A stretch of DNA of 64,000 nucleotides from Candidatus Daviesbacteria bacterium. Its GTDB lineage: Bacteria; Patescibacteriota; Microgenomatia; Daviesbacterales; UBA10151. Under the pieces are notes generated by a model. That model searched no databases. It saw nothing but the letters and a program-made list of their open reading frames with translations, and was not told where the DNA came from. The translations under genes and the position numbers were made by a program. Below, in pieces: positions 1-9,726 of the stretch. Where the stretch lies: NCBI GenBank assembly GCA_028715175.1, contig JAQUSJ010000001.1:340550-404549 (forward strand), written 5' to 3'. The stretch's first letter is position 1; each line of letters opens with the position of its first letter.

Positions 1-830
1 TCGCCGGATTGATCATTTCTAATACTTCCTTTGTACTGGCTTTAATATTTCTCTTCGAGCTGATAAAGATTGATTTTTCAAAACAAATAGCATATTTGAC
101 AATTATTTTAATATTGATTTTTCCAACCTCGTTTTATTTTGGTGCAGTTTATAACGAATCGCTATTTTTGCTTTTGTCAGTTCTATCTTTTTATAATGCG
201 AGAAAAGGGAATTGGTTTATTGCAGGAGTGGCAGGTATGGTTTCGTCTGCAACTAGAGTTTTTGGCGTTTTCCTTTTACCGGCACTTTTAATTGAAGCCT
301 GGCAGCAGAAGGTAGATTTTTCCAGAGCTTTTTGGATTTTGTTGATTCCCTTTGGCCTTGGAGCGTATATGTGGTATTTACAAGCCAGCGTTGGAGATCC
401 TATTGCTTTTTACAATTTTCAGACTTTGGTCGGGGAGCAACATCAAAGAGGGATAATTACTTTACCTCAAGTCTATTTTCGTTATCTTAAAATGTTCGTA
501 ACTACAAGTATCCAAAATCCGATATTTCAAACCCTAATATTAGAATTTCTTACGGGGTTGATATTTTTTTTACTTCCTGTCTATGGTTACATAAAAAAGA
601 TTAGACTTTCGTATTTGGTTTACGCGATGTTTGTGTTTTTAACGCCAACTATTCAAGGGAGCTTTTCGTCAATCCCCCGCTATGTAATTATTTTATTTCC
701 TTCATTTCTGGCAGCTGCTATATGGTTTAGTCATTTGCCAAAATTATTTAGGGCAATATTTTTGATTGTTTCTGCCCTCTTGCTTATTGCAGAAACGACA
801 CTTTTTTTAAGGGGATATTGGGTAGCATGA
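1..830 (+). CDS. Polytopic integral membrane protein, GT-C-like (PIG-V/DUF2029 mannosyltransferase-like); 5' partial, no in-frame stop upstream so it likely continues beyond the window start
   Basis: ORF 9..830 is open back to base 1. The protein is very hydrophobic with many predicted TM helices. Call is by weak resemblance only. Confidence 0.4.
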   Translation, partial: AGLIISNTSFVLALIFLFELIKIDFSKQIAYLTIILILIFPTSFYFGAVYNESLFLLLSVLSFYNARKGNWFIAGVAGMVSSATRVFGVFLLPALLIEAWQQKVDFSRAFWILLIPFGLGAYMWYLQASVGDPIAFYNFQTLVGEQHQRGIITLPQVYFRYLKMFVTTSIQNPIFQTLILEFLTGLIFFLLPVYGYIKKIRLSYLVYAMFVFLTPTIQGSFSSIPRYVIILFPSFLAAAIWFSHLPKLFRAIFLIVSALLLIAETTLFLRGYWVA

Positions 831-2092
831 AAAAATATATTAAAGGGATAGTTACACATCCGTTATTTTCTGGAAGCGCCATTATGGTAATCGGTTCAAA
901 TAGCGTTAGTTTTATAAACTACTTATATCATTTGGTAATGGGAAGAATGCTTGGACCTGCAGGATACGGAGAATTGGCATCGCTTATTGCATTAATCGGT
1001 CTTGTGGGTATAATCCCTGGATCGGTGAGCCTTGTAATTGTCAAACAAGTCTCCTCTGCTAGAAGCGATCAGGAGATAAGTAATGTAATAGGATGGCTTA
1101 AGGCAAAGATCTTTTTAGCAGCTGTAATTTTTTCAATTTCTGTTTTGGTAATCTCCCCTTTTATTGCGTCTTTTTTGAATATTCATAAAACTTCTTATTT
1201 AATATTTATTGCAGTATCTTTTTTATTTTCTCTCCAGGCGGGTTTATTCAGAGCAATACTGCAGGGTCTTTTGAAATTTAAAGAGATGATTTTCAGTATG
1301 TTAATTGAAAATAGTGCAAAATTTATTCTAAGTATTTCTCTGGTATATCTGGGATTTCAAGTTAGCGGGGTAATGTTTTCTTTGGTTATATCTGCGATCT
1401 TAGGTTTATATATTACTAATTATTATTTAAGATACCGAACTGTAAATAATACTAAGCCATCATCACATGTTAAATCAATGATGTCATTTTTAATACCTTT
1501 TACTTTACAGTCCGTTGCAATAACTTCCCTTTATTCCTCGGACGTTATTTTAGTAAAACATTTCTTTCCTGCCCACGAGGCAGGTATTTATGCGGCACTG
1601 TCTACATTGGGAAAGATAATTTTTTTTGGTACAGGTCCTATTAACACGGTAATGTTTCCTTTGGTTTCCCAAAGAAAAGCTAAAGGGCAGGATTATAAGA
1701 AAATTTTTAAATATAGTTTTCTCATGACTGCGTTGGGAGCAATTTTCGTCTCGGGATTGTATTGGTTATTCCCAACTTTTGCTATAAATTTGCTTTATGG
1801 CAGCGCGTATCTTGAAGCAAAAAATTTATTAATCTGGTTTGCGGTTTTTATTAGTTTGTTTACCCTGGGATCGCTATTAGTAAGTTATTTATTGTCTTTA
1901 GGAAAAACCAAAGTTGTGGTATTTCCTCTTACAGCAGCCACCCTTCAAATTATTGCAATTATTTTCTTTCATCAAAATTTGCTTACAGTTATATCAATTT
2001 CAATTATTATAACCGCTTTACTACTTGTAGCCTTGCTTATATACTCTATATATGGAAATAAGATTAATTTCAGTAATCGTCCCATGTTATAA
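818..2092 (+). CDS. Wzx-like oligosaccharide flippase (MOP/polysaccharide biosynthesis protein family)
   Basis: 424 aa, about 12 TM helices, N-terminal 'MLGPAGYGELA' motif typical of Wzx/PST-family exporters. Overlaps neighbours in operon fashion. Confidence 0.7.
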   Translation: MGSMKKYIKGIVTHPLFSGSAIMVIGSNSVSFINYLYHLVMGRMLGPAGYGELASLIALIGLVGIIPGSVSLVIVKQVSSARSDQEISNVIGWLKAKIFLAAVIFSISVLVISPFIASFLNIHKTSYLIFIAVSFLFSLQAGLFRAILQGLLKFKEMIFSMLIENSAKFILSISLVYLGFQVSGVMFSLVISAILGLYITNYYLRYRTVNNTKPSSHVKSMMSFLIPFTLQSVAITSLYSSDVILVKHFFPAHEAGIYAALSTLGKIIFFGTGPINTVMFPLVSQRKAKGQDYKKIFKYSFLMTALGAIFVSGLYWLFPTFAINLLYGSAYLEAKNLLIWFAVFISLFTLGSLLVSYLLSLGKTKVVVFPLTAATLQIIAIIFFHQNLLTVISISIIITALLLVALLIYSIYGNKINFSNRPML

Positions 2093-2858
2093 ACAAGAAC
2101 GAACAATTATTGGAAATCTAAAAAGGATTAAAGAGGTTTTAGATAAACTCCGTTATCCTACAGAATTAATTTGTGTGGTAGACGGGAAGATCGATAAAAC
2201 ATTCGAGAAAGCTTCAAAATTTGCCAAGAAATACGAAAACGTTCAAGTGGTCGGATACGAAACGAATCGAGGCAAAGGTTATGCAATCCGTTTTGGAATG
2301 GCTGAAAGCCATGGAGATATCATAGGTTTTATTGATGCGGGTATGGATTTAAATCCAAACGGTTTATCAATGCTTTTAGAGCATTTTGAATGGTATGATG
2401 CTGATATTATTGCAGGTTCTAAAAGGCATCCGGTATCTAAGGTGTGTTATCCTTGGCAAAGAAGAATTCTTTCTATGGGATATCAATTTCTCGTCTGGTT
2501 ATTATTTGGACTCAAAATTAGGGATACACAAGTGGGGATGAAATTTTTCAAAAGAGAAGTGCTGGAAAAAGTACTCCCCAGGCTTTTGGTGAAACGGTTT
2601 GCTTTCGATGTGGAAATGCTGGCAGTTGCCAATGATTTAGGATTTACAAGAATTTTTGAAGCACCTATTGATATCGCATTGCGCTTCGGAGGTACCTCTA
2701 CTCTCACTAGCCAGCAATTTCTAAGGACAGTTTTCGCTATGTTTGTGGATACTCTGGCAGTTTTCTACAGGTTGAAAATATTAAATTACTATTCAGATAA
2801 GAATAAACGAAAATGGAGATTTGATCCGGAATTAAATTTCAGAGTAAATGTTGGATGA
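2052..2858 (+). CDS. Glycosyltransferase family 2 (DPM1/GtrB-like)
   Basis: N-terminal 'ISVIVPCYKQE' GT2 signature, DxD-like 'IDAG' region, hydrophobic C-terminus. Confidence 0.75.
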   Translation: MEIRLISVIVPCYKQERTIIGNLKRIKEVLDKLRYPTELICVVDGKIDKTFEKASKFAKKYENVQVVGYETNRGKGYAIRFGMAESHGDIIGFIDAGMDLNPNGLSMLLEHFEWYDADIIAGSKRHPVSKVCYPWQRRILSMGYQFLVWLLFGLKIRDTQVGMKFFKREVLEKVLPRLLVKRFAFDVEMLAVANDLGFTRIFEAPIDIALRFGGTSTLTSQQFLRTVFAMFVDTLAVFYRLKILNYYSDKNKRKWRFDPELNFRVNVG

Positions 2859-4885
2859 AAATTCTACAGATTGTTATTATAGTTGTTAGTTTTTTTGTAT
2901 GGATATTGCCGAATCATGCTTTAGCTAAAACAGAAACCCTCAATCAATTTGTAAATATAGTTAATCCGGTTCGTATATCTGCATATACTAAGGATCCTAA
3001 AGCGAGTATAGCTTCTCAGTATTTCGAAGTTACAAAAAGAAACCTTCCGGCAACTTGGCTTTTTACTTATGATGCAATACAAAATGATGGAGTTAGGTCT
3101 ATTGCTAATACAATGGATCGAAATCAAGAATTAGGTCTTTTTTTAGAGGTGACACCGCTTTTTGCACGGGATGCGGGTGTAATTTATAATCAAACAGATT
3201 CCTGGCATAGATCAAATTCACTTTTTTTGTCCGGATATACGCAAGATGATAGAGAAAAATTAATTGATCAGGTTTTTAATAAATTTAGAGAAAAATTTGG
3301 CTTTTATCCTGTTTCCGTAGGATCTTGGTGGATTGATAGTTTTTCATTAGAATACATGAAAAATAAGTATGGTGTGATCGCAAATTTGACTTGCGCTGAT
3401 CAATTCGAGACTGATGGGTATCATATTTGGGGGCAGTATTGGAGCACACCTTTTTTCCCAAGTAGATATCATGCCGGCATGCCTGCAAATGATATAAATT
3501 CAAAACTTGATTTGGTGACTATTCAATGGGCAGAGAGAGATCCTTTAAACGGATACGGGAAAGGGCCTGCAAGCCTTTTTAGTACCCAGGATTATTTTGA
3601 TATTGATTACTTTCAAGAACTGGTTCGTTTTTATGCCGAAAAACATAGTAATAGCTTTGGACAAATCACAATTGGCTTGGAAGGAGATTTTACACAAGAG
3701 ACATATGCAGGTACTTTTGCGAGGCAACTTGATTTTGTTTTGGATATGAAAAATAAAGGTCTTGTTGATGTGGTAACGATGAAAGATTTTGCCGGTTGGT
3801 ATAGAAATAGTTTTCCTACAATTTCCCCTTCTCAGATTCTTGAAACAGAAGATTTTTTGGGTAAAAAGATTAAAGCAATTTGGTATCAATCACCTTTTTT
3901 AAGAGCTCATTTGACTTACAATTACGAGACTTATGAAACAAAATTTTTAGATCTTCGATTTTATTTTAATAATTTTGAGGAACCTTATTATGTTTCTCCT
4001 AATCGCGATCTTGATTTATTTATCAATATACCATCAATTATTGATTCAGCCAGTGATGAGAAAGAAGCATGGGTTGTTTTAAAGAAGAAATTGGAGGAAA
4101 TAAATGTTAATGGTAGTGATTTAGTTTTGAAATATCAGGATGGAGCTTTGATCAAATTATCGAAAGATAATTTAACTTTTTCAGGGAAGATAAATCAGAT
4201 ACCAAAGGCTTTAACTCATACACCTGCTGCTAAAATAAATAAGCAAGACAATCTCTTCTTGATATCCCCCGTAAAGAGTTGGATTTTTTCTCAAGACGGA
4301 CTAGTATTTAGAGATTTAACTCCCGAAGCCACAAATTTTCTAAGACAGAAAAGGATTATGGTTGCGGAAGCTATAATCCTACTTATTTTTACAACCGCCC
4401 TATTTTTTATTCTAAAAAGAGATTCGTCTAAGAAGAAACGCCTTTTTTCAGCAATTACAATATCGTCAATAATTTTTGGTATATTTTTTTTGTACAATTC
4501 TAATACCCGAAATTACTTTGTATCTCAATCAGAACTGGATGCGTTAATACGTTTATCATTAATGCCGGATGGTAAAATTGTAGTTTTTGATAGGGTTTGT
4601 TTGCAGTGCTCATTCCACACAAAATACTTACCTGCAGTTTTTTCCAATAAACGTAGTTATGTACCTAATGTATCTAAAAAGAAAGTTGTGTATAATTCTT
4701 CAGTTTTTACCGCTAAAACCAGGGAAGAAGCTAGGAAAGAGTTAGTTAAGCTTGAAGCGAACTATATTTATGCAGTAAGATATGAAGATTATAAGGAGAT
4801 AGTTCCATTTTCGCCGGGAGATCTTAATCTTGAAGAAATTTATTCTAATGCGAATGTAATTATTTGGAGGATAAGGAAAAATTGA
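2855..4885 (+). CDS. Exported protein of unknown function with N-terminal signal peptide and C-terminal TM anchor; possibly a carbohydrate-active (deacetylase/hydrolase-like) ectodomain
   Basis: Signal peptide 'MKILQIVIIVVSFFVWILPNHALA', a long soluble domain, then the TM helix 'IMVAEAIILLIFTTALFFIL'. No confident family match by eye. Confidence 0.5.
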   Translation: MKILQIVIIVVSFFVWILPNHALAKTETLNQFVNIVNPVRISAYTKDPKASIASQYFEVTKRNLPATWLFTYDAIQNDGVRSIANTMDRNQELGLFLEVTPLFARDAGVIYNQTDSWHRSNSLFLSGYTQDDREKLIDQVFNKFREKFGFYPVSVGSWWIDSFSLEYMKNKYGVIANLTCADQFETDGYHIWGQYWSTPFFPSRYHAGMPANDINSKLDLVTIQWAERDPLNGYGKGPASLFSTQDYFDIDYFQELVRFYAEKHSNSFGQITIGLEGDFTQETYAGTFARQLDFVLDMKNKGLVDVVTMKDFAGWYRNSFPTISPSQILETEDFLGKKIKAIWYQSPFLRAHLTYNYETYETKFLDLRFYFNNFEEPYYVSPNRDLDLFINIPSIIDSASDEKEAWVVLKKKLEEINVNGSDLVLKYQDGALIKLSKDNLTFSGKINQIPKALTHTPAAKINKQDNLFLISPVKSWIFSQDGLVFRDLTPEATNFLRQKRIMVAEAIILLIFTTALFFILKRDSSKKKRLFSAITISSIIFGIFFLYNSNTRNYFVSQSELDALIRLSLMPDGKIVVFDRVCLQCSFHTKYLPAVFSNKRSYVPNVSKKKVVYNSSVFTAKTREEARKELVKLEANYIYAVRYEDYKEIVPFSPGDLNLEEIYSNANVIIWRIRKN

Positions 4886-6003
4886 ATATCTTAATTTTAT
4901 CTTGGAGGGGGCCGGGTCATCCGAATGCCGGAGGTGCTGAAATTTCTACTCATGAACACGCTAAAGGATGGGTTAAAGGAGGTCATCAGGTTACTCTTTT
5001 TACATCTTTATATCCTCGAGCAAATAAAGAGGAAATTGTAGACGGCGTGAGGATTGTCAGACGAGGAGGACAAGTTTTAGGCGTTCATTGGGAAGCTTTT
5101 AAATGGTATGTATTTGAAAATCATCAAAAATACGATTTGGTGGTAGATCAATTTCACGGCATCCCGTTTTTTACTCCTTTTTATGTTAAGGTTAGAAAAT
5201 TAGCTTTTATTCATGAAGTAACCAAAGAAGTATGGCGTCTAAATCCTTGGCCATGGCCATTTTGTTTAGGACCAAAGATACTCGGTCCCATTATTGAACC
5301 TCTTATATTTAAGTTATTCTATAGGAATATTCCATTTATGACAGTTTCCGAATCAACGAGAAAAGACCTGATAGAATGGGGAATCCCCAGGCAAAATATA
5401 AACGTAATTCATAATGGCATACAATTTCCAAGAATGGTTTTTCCTAAAAAACAAACAAAAAAAACAATAACGTTTCTGGGAGCTTTGGCAAAAGACAAAG
5501 GGATCGAAGATGCAATCAATATTTTTTCTATACTGCAGAGAAGATACAAGGATAGTCTTCAATACTGGATTATTGGGAAGGCCGACAGTCGATATCAAAA
5601 TTTTTTAAAAAATTTAATAACTAGTTTAGGTCTTACTGATGTTAAGTTTTGGGATTTTGTTTCAGAGAAAAAGAAGTTTGAGTTATTAGCAGGGTCTTAT
5701 ATTTTAATAAATCCCTCAATACGTGAAGGTTGGGGATTGGTGGTTATTGAGGCTGCTAGGGTCGGAACCCCTACAATAGCTTTTGATGTGTCTGGTCTTA
5801 GAGATTCTGTGATAGATAATAAGACGGGTGTTTTAAGTAAAGGTTTGACACAAAAGGATTTAGCTGATCAAGTAATAAATCTATTGGAAAATGAGCAAAA
5901 ATATAATAGAATGAGTCAAGCTGCAATGATATGGAGTAGGAATTTCTCATGGGAGAAAGCTTCAGCAATGAGTTTATGTCTGATTGAAAAAATAGCAGAT
6001 TAA
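4864..6003 (+). CDS. Glycosyltransferase family 4 (GT-B fold)
   Basis: C-terminal 'EGWGLVVIEAARVGTPTIAFDVSGLRDSV' matches the GT4 E-x7-E nucleotide-sugar binding motif. Confidence 0.8.
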   Translation: MEDKEKLNILILSWRGPGHPNAGGAEISTHEHAKGWVKGGHQVTLFTSLYPRANKEEIVDGVRIVRRGGQVLGVHWEAFKWYVFENHQKYDLVVDQFHGIPFFTPFYVKVRKLAFIHEVTKEVWRLNPWPWPFCLGPKILGPIIEPLIFKLFYRNIPFMTVSESTRKDLIEWGIPRQNINVIHNGIQFPRMVFPKKQTKKTITFLGALAKDKGIEDAINIFSILQRRYKDSLQYWIIGKADSRYQNFLKNLITSLGLTDVKFWDFVSEKKKFELLAGSYILINPSIREGWGLVVIEAARVGTPTIAFDVSGLRDSVIDNKTGVLSKGLTQKDLADQVINLLENEQKYNRMSQAAMIWSRNFSWEKASAMSLCLIEKIAD

Positions 6004-6017
6004 CAAGATTTAAGTAT

Positions 6018-7004
6018 ATGATTAAAAAAAAGAAAATAGCGATTACAGGAGCCGGTGGTTTTATTGGACATCATCTGGTTACTTATCTTCGGAAGAAAGG
6101 TTGCTTCGTTCGTGGTATTGATTTAAAACTTCCGGAATATAAAACTTCAGACGCCGATGAATTTTTATTGCTTGATTTAAGAAAGAAAGAAAATGCACTA
6201 GAAGCAACTAAGGGCGTGGATTATGTTTATGCGCTAGCAGCTGATATGGGTGGGATGGGTTATATTTCATCGCATAATGCGTTGATTTTATATAATAATG
6301 CTGCAATTAATTTAAATACCTTAGAATCTGCAAGAATAAATAAGGTAAAAAGACTGTTTTATTCGTCTTCAGCTTGTATTTATCCGGAATATAAACAAAT
6401 AAAAGCAAAGTTAGCTCCGTTGAAAGAGGAAGATGCATATCCCGCCCAACCACAGGATGCATATGGTTGGGAAAAGCTCTTTACAGAACTTATTGCGCGA
6501 TACTATAAAGAAGATTATGGTTTAGAAACCAGGGTAGCAAGGTTTCATAATATTTTTGGTCCGTTTGGCACCTGGGATGGAGGAAGAGAAAAAGCCCCAG
6601 CGGCTATTTGCAGAAAAGTCGCCATAGCCAAATTGACAGGCAAAAATAAAATAGAAATTTGGGGGGACGGGAAACAAACAAGATCATTCTGTTACATTGA
6701 TGATTGTACGAAAGGAATTTATAAATTAATGATGTCTGATTTTTCTGAACCTCTCAATATAGGTCAAGATAGAATGGTAACTATAGATCAGTTGGTTGAC
6801 ATAATCTCTGAAATTGCAGGAGTAAAATTAAAGAAAAATCATATTCTTGGACCTCAAGGTGTCAGAGGAAGGAATTCTGATAATAGTAAATTAAGGAAAA
6901 TTTTAAAATGGGAACCGGAAATCTCACTTGAAAAAGGCCTAGAAAAGACTTATAAATGGATAGAGAGACAAGTAGAAGGAAATTATATTAAGGAAACAAA
7001 ATAA
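6018..7004 (+). CDS. gme: GDP-mannose 3,5-epimerase-like NAD-dependent epimerase (plant GME type; makes GDP-L-galactose/GDP-L-gulose)
   Basis: Rossmann 'ITGAGGFIGHHL'. The blocks 'LAADMGGMGYISSHNALILYNNAAINLNTLESARINKVKRLFYSSSACIYPEYKQ' and 'RFHNIFGPFGTWDGGREKAPAAICRK' closely match blocks I recall from plant GME (ADMGGMGFIQSNHSVIMYNNTMISFNM...RFHNIYGPFGTWKGGREKAPAAFCRK). Confidence 0.75.
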   Translation: MIKKKKIAITGAGGFIGHHLVTYLRKKGCFVRGIDLKLPEYKTSDADEFLLLDLRKKENALEATKGVDYVYALAADMGGMGYISSHNALILYNNAAINLNTLESARINKVKRLFYSSSACIYPEYKQIKAKLAPLKEEDAYPAQPQDAYGWEKLFTELIARYYKEDYGLETRVARFHNIFGPFGTWDGGREKAPAAICRKVAIAKLTGKNKIEIWGDGKQTRSFCYIDDCTKGIYKLMMSDFSEPLNIGQDRMVTIDQLVDIISEIAGVKLKKNHILGPQGVRGRNSDNSKLRKILKWEPEISLEKGLEKTYKWIERQVEGNYIKETK

Positions 7005-7006
7005 CA

Positions 7007-7510
7007 ATGAAATTAGTTGCAGGGTTTTTTACAATATCCCTTTTTGTAATAATATTTTTTTCTACGCCATTTGATTTAATTTATGCTAATGAGGTTGAGC
7101 AGTTGGGTTTACCAGAAACCACCGTTAATCCCGGTTCGTTTTATTACTCTTTCAAAAGATTATTTGAAAAAGGTCAAGAAAAATTACTTTTTTTCCAGCA
7201 ATCCAAAAAAAGTTTTTATGAATCTTTAGTAAAAATGAGACTTTCGGAATTAAATTATGTAATTGACAAAAAAGCTTTATCAGAAGTTCAGCGTAGCAGT
7301 GAAAGATTTGCCTATCAAGCGGGTATTCTGACTGAAGAAGTAATAAAACAAAATCAAATTAACGATAAAGAAAATCTGATTAAAGAATTTGATAGGTACA
7401 ACAAATTCCTGTCTAATTTAAGAGATAAATATCCGGCAAATTCTAGTTTTTGGATGTTAGTTCAGCATGATATTAATACCCTAAATATATCATCTAATCG
7501 TTTGAAATAA
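7007..7510 (+). CDS. Small secreted/membrane-anchored helical protein (DUF5667-like motif 'NPGSFYYSFKRLFE')
   Basis: N-terminal hydrophobic signal/anchor, then a motif that resembles the DUF5667 'LPGSPLYFLKR' signature. Confidence 0.4.
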   Translation: MKLVAGFFTISLFVIIFFSTPFDLIYANEVEQLGLPETTVNPGSFYYSFKRLFEKGQEKLLFFQQSKKSFYESLVKMRLSELNYVIDKKALSEVQRSSERFAYQAGILTEEVIKQNQINDKENLIKEFDRYNKFLSNLRDKYPANSSFWMLVQHDINTLNISSNRLK

Positions 7511-7577
7511 GTTTTAAATTAAACTAGGGTCAAAAAACTATTGCAATAACTATTTTCTCCAGGTAGAATGTTTCGAT

Positions 7578-8846
7578 ATGAGTGTCGGGGCAAGGGAAAG
7601 AGGAACTGTTAAAAGAGAAGTCTTTAGGTTAGAAGTTTGCCGGGCTTGTGGAAGCAATAAATTATTGTTGTTTCTTCAATTGGGGCCTACACCTGCGCCT
7701 AATGGATTCTTGAAAGCGCACCACCGCCATCAGGCAGAAAAGTTTTATCCGCTTGATGTTTGTTTTTGTCAGGATTGTGGATTAGTGCAGCTTGCTCATG
7801 TTGTCTCTCCCCAAATAATGTTTAAAAATTACGTATATATTCCTTCTACATCTGAAACTATGCGTAATCATTTTGCCGGTTTGGCATTAGATGCTATCAA
7901 AAAAACAGCGGCAAAAGAAGACGATTTAGTAATAGATATCGGCAGTAATGACGGTACGCTCTTAAAATCGTTTAAAGCACACAAAATGAAGATATTGGGA
8001 GTTGATCCGGCTGAGAATCTTGTAAAAAAAGCAAACAAAGAAGGGGTGAATACAATGTGCGCTTTATTTACTAATAAGCTGGCAAAAGAAATTAAAAAAA
8101 AGTATGGGAAAGCCAGGATTATTACCGGTACTAATGTTGTTGCACACGTGCATGATCTAAACGATTTCCTGGAAGGTATAAATGCCCTTCTTTCTGATGA
8201 AGGATTATTTATTTGTGAGTTTCCATATTTAATTGGTTTGCTTGAGGGGATTGAGTTCGACACTATTTACCAGGAACATCTTTCTTATTTTTCAATTTCA
8301 CCGTTTAATAGATTATTAAAAAGACATGGGTTAACTTTAATTGATGTCCAAAGGCTTCCGGTTCATGGAGGTTCCGTGAGAGTTTTTGTCAGTAAAAAAT
8401 CCCTACCACAAAGTATGCGCGTAAAGAATTTACTGAAACTTGAGGAAAAAAAGAAAATTTTAAAACAGGAGACATATTTAAAGTTTAGAAAAAAGGTAGA
8501 TAAAGTGAGGCATGAATTAGTCCAATTGCTTTGGACCCTGCGGATAAAGAACAAAAGTATTGTGGGTTACGGTGCATCCGCAAAAGGAAATATAATATTG
8601 AATTATTGTAGAATTGGACCGGAAACATTAGATTATATCGTTGATTCTATATCGTATAAACAAGGTAAATTTACTCCGGGAATGCATATTCCGATTTTTC
8701 CAGAGTCGAAACTTTTAGAAGATCAACCTGATTATACTTTGCTTCTAGCTTGGAATTTTGCTGATGAGATAATAAAAAAGCAATCAGAGTATCGGAAACG
8801 CGGGGGAAAATTTATTCTTGCGTTACCTAAATTGACAATTGTTTAG
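7578..8846 (+). CDS. NDP-hexose C-methyltransferase (TylCIII/NovU-type: zinc-ribbon + class I SAM MTase + C-methyltransferase C-terminal domain)
   Basis: Cys pairs 'CRACGS...CQDCGLVQLAHV' (putative Zn-binding MTase domain), SAM motif 'VIDIGSNDGTLL', and about 420 aa length typical of sugar C3/C5-methyltransferases. Confidence 0.75.
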   Translation: MSVGARERGTVKREVFRLEVCRACGSNKLLLFLQLGPTPAPNGFLKAHHRHQAEKFYPLDVCFCQDCGLVQLAHVVSPQIMFKNYVYIPSTSETMRNHFAGLALDAIKKTAAKEDDLVIDIGSNDGTLLKSFKAHKMKILGVDPAENLVKKANKEGVNTMCALFTNKLAKEIKKKYGKARIITGTNVVAHVHDLNDFLEGINALLSDEGLFICEFPYLIGLLEGIEFDTIYQEHLSYFSISPFNRLLKRHGLTLIDVQRLPVHGGSVRVFVSKKSLPQSMRVKNLLKLEEKKKILKQETYLKFRKKVDKVRHELVQLLWTLRIKNKSIVGYGASAKGNIILNYCRIGPETLDYIVDSISYKQGKFTPGMHIPIFPESKLLEDQPDYTLLLAWNFADEIIKKQSEYRKRGGKFILALPKLTIV

Positions 8847-9726
8847 CGAGGGTCTCGATTGTTTCTTCCCATTTATTGAATTTGAGTTTGAGTATTTTTT
8901 GAGTCTTCTCCACTTTTAATCCTCCGTATTGCGGATATCTAGGTAGATTATTTTTTAGAAATCCTTCTATGCTAGTTTGTTTTACAACCTCCTTTTTACC
9001 TCTCGCTTTCTCTATCAGGAAATTTGCTAATTTAAATGGAGTAAAAATATTAGTACTGGAAATATGGTAAATTCCTGGTAGCCTTTTTGTTAAAAGTATT
9101 TCTAGACAATGTGTGACCTCGTCAATATATGTCAAGGTTAAATATTGATTATTAAACATAGGGTGAATCTTTTCCGTATCGTAAAGATTAAGAATTTTGC
9201 GGATATAATCTAGCTTACCGTCGTATTTAACTCTAACAGGGTTTGCAATTCGCAAAATTGCAGGATTTTTTAAATTGTTTACAATCAGCTTTTCTCCTTC
9301 TTTTTTGGTCCACCCATACCAGGATAATAGATTAAGATTATTCTCGGTAGGATAATTTTCATCATAGGGTCCAGGGTTATCTTTATTTCCAGAAAAAACT
9401 GCATCAGTGGATATATAGATAAAATATGTCTGATCTCCTGCAGCTTTAATTAGATTTGCCGTACCTTCTACATTAACAATCCAACAAAGAGCTTGTTTAT
9501 TATTTCTTTCTTCTTCAGCTCCTGTTACGTCAGTAAATGCTGCAAAATGCATAATAGTATCCGGTTTGTGTAATTTAAAGAAATTTTCTACGGATTTTTT
9601 ATCTGTGATATTTAACTCTTCTACTGAAGGCGTAAGAATAATATCTCCACTTTTTAAACTTGGGTGATAGTTTTCAACAAAATGAGAGCCAACTAAGCCA
9701 TTGCCGCCGGTTATTAGTATTTTCAT
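8827..9726 (-). CDS. NAD(P)-dependent sugar-nucleotide reductase/epimerase (RmlD-like SDR)
   Basis: 'MKILITGGNGLVGSHF' Rossmann motif, 'NVEGTANL', length about 300 aa. Confidence 0.65.
   Translation of the reverse strand: MKILITGGNGLVGSHFVENYHPSLKSGDIILTPSVEELNITDKKSVENFFKLHKPDTIMHFAAFTDVTGAEEERNNKQALCWIVNVEGTANLIKAAGDQTYFIYISTDAVFSGNKDNPGPYDENYPTENNLNLLSWYGWTKKEGEKLIVNNLKNPAILRIANPVRVKYDGKLDYIRKILNLYDTEKIHPMFNNQYLTLTYIDEVTHCLEILLTKRLPGIYHISSTNIFTPFKLANFLIEKARGKKEVVKQTSIEGFLKNNLPRYPQYGGLKVEKTQKILKLKFNKWEETIETLAKQLSI

Noticed and set aside
2483-2707. Many short antisense or alternate-frame ORFs in the six-frame track (e.g. 2483..2707, 2921..3127, 3545..3889, 7868..8263, 21838..22134, 28860..29228, 43320..43661, 59514..59903)
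   Set aside because: They lie entirely inside, and opposite to or out of frame with, long well-supported genes carrying clear family motifs. They are low-complexity shadow ORFs expected in AT-rich DNA.
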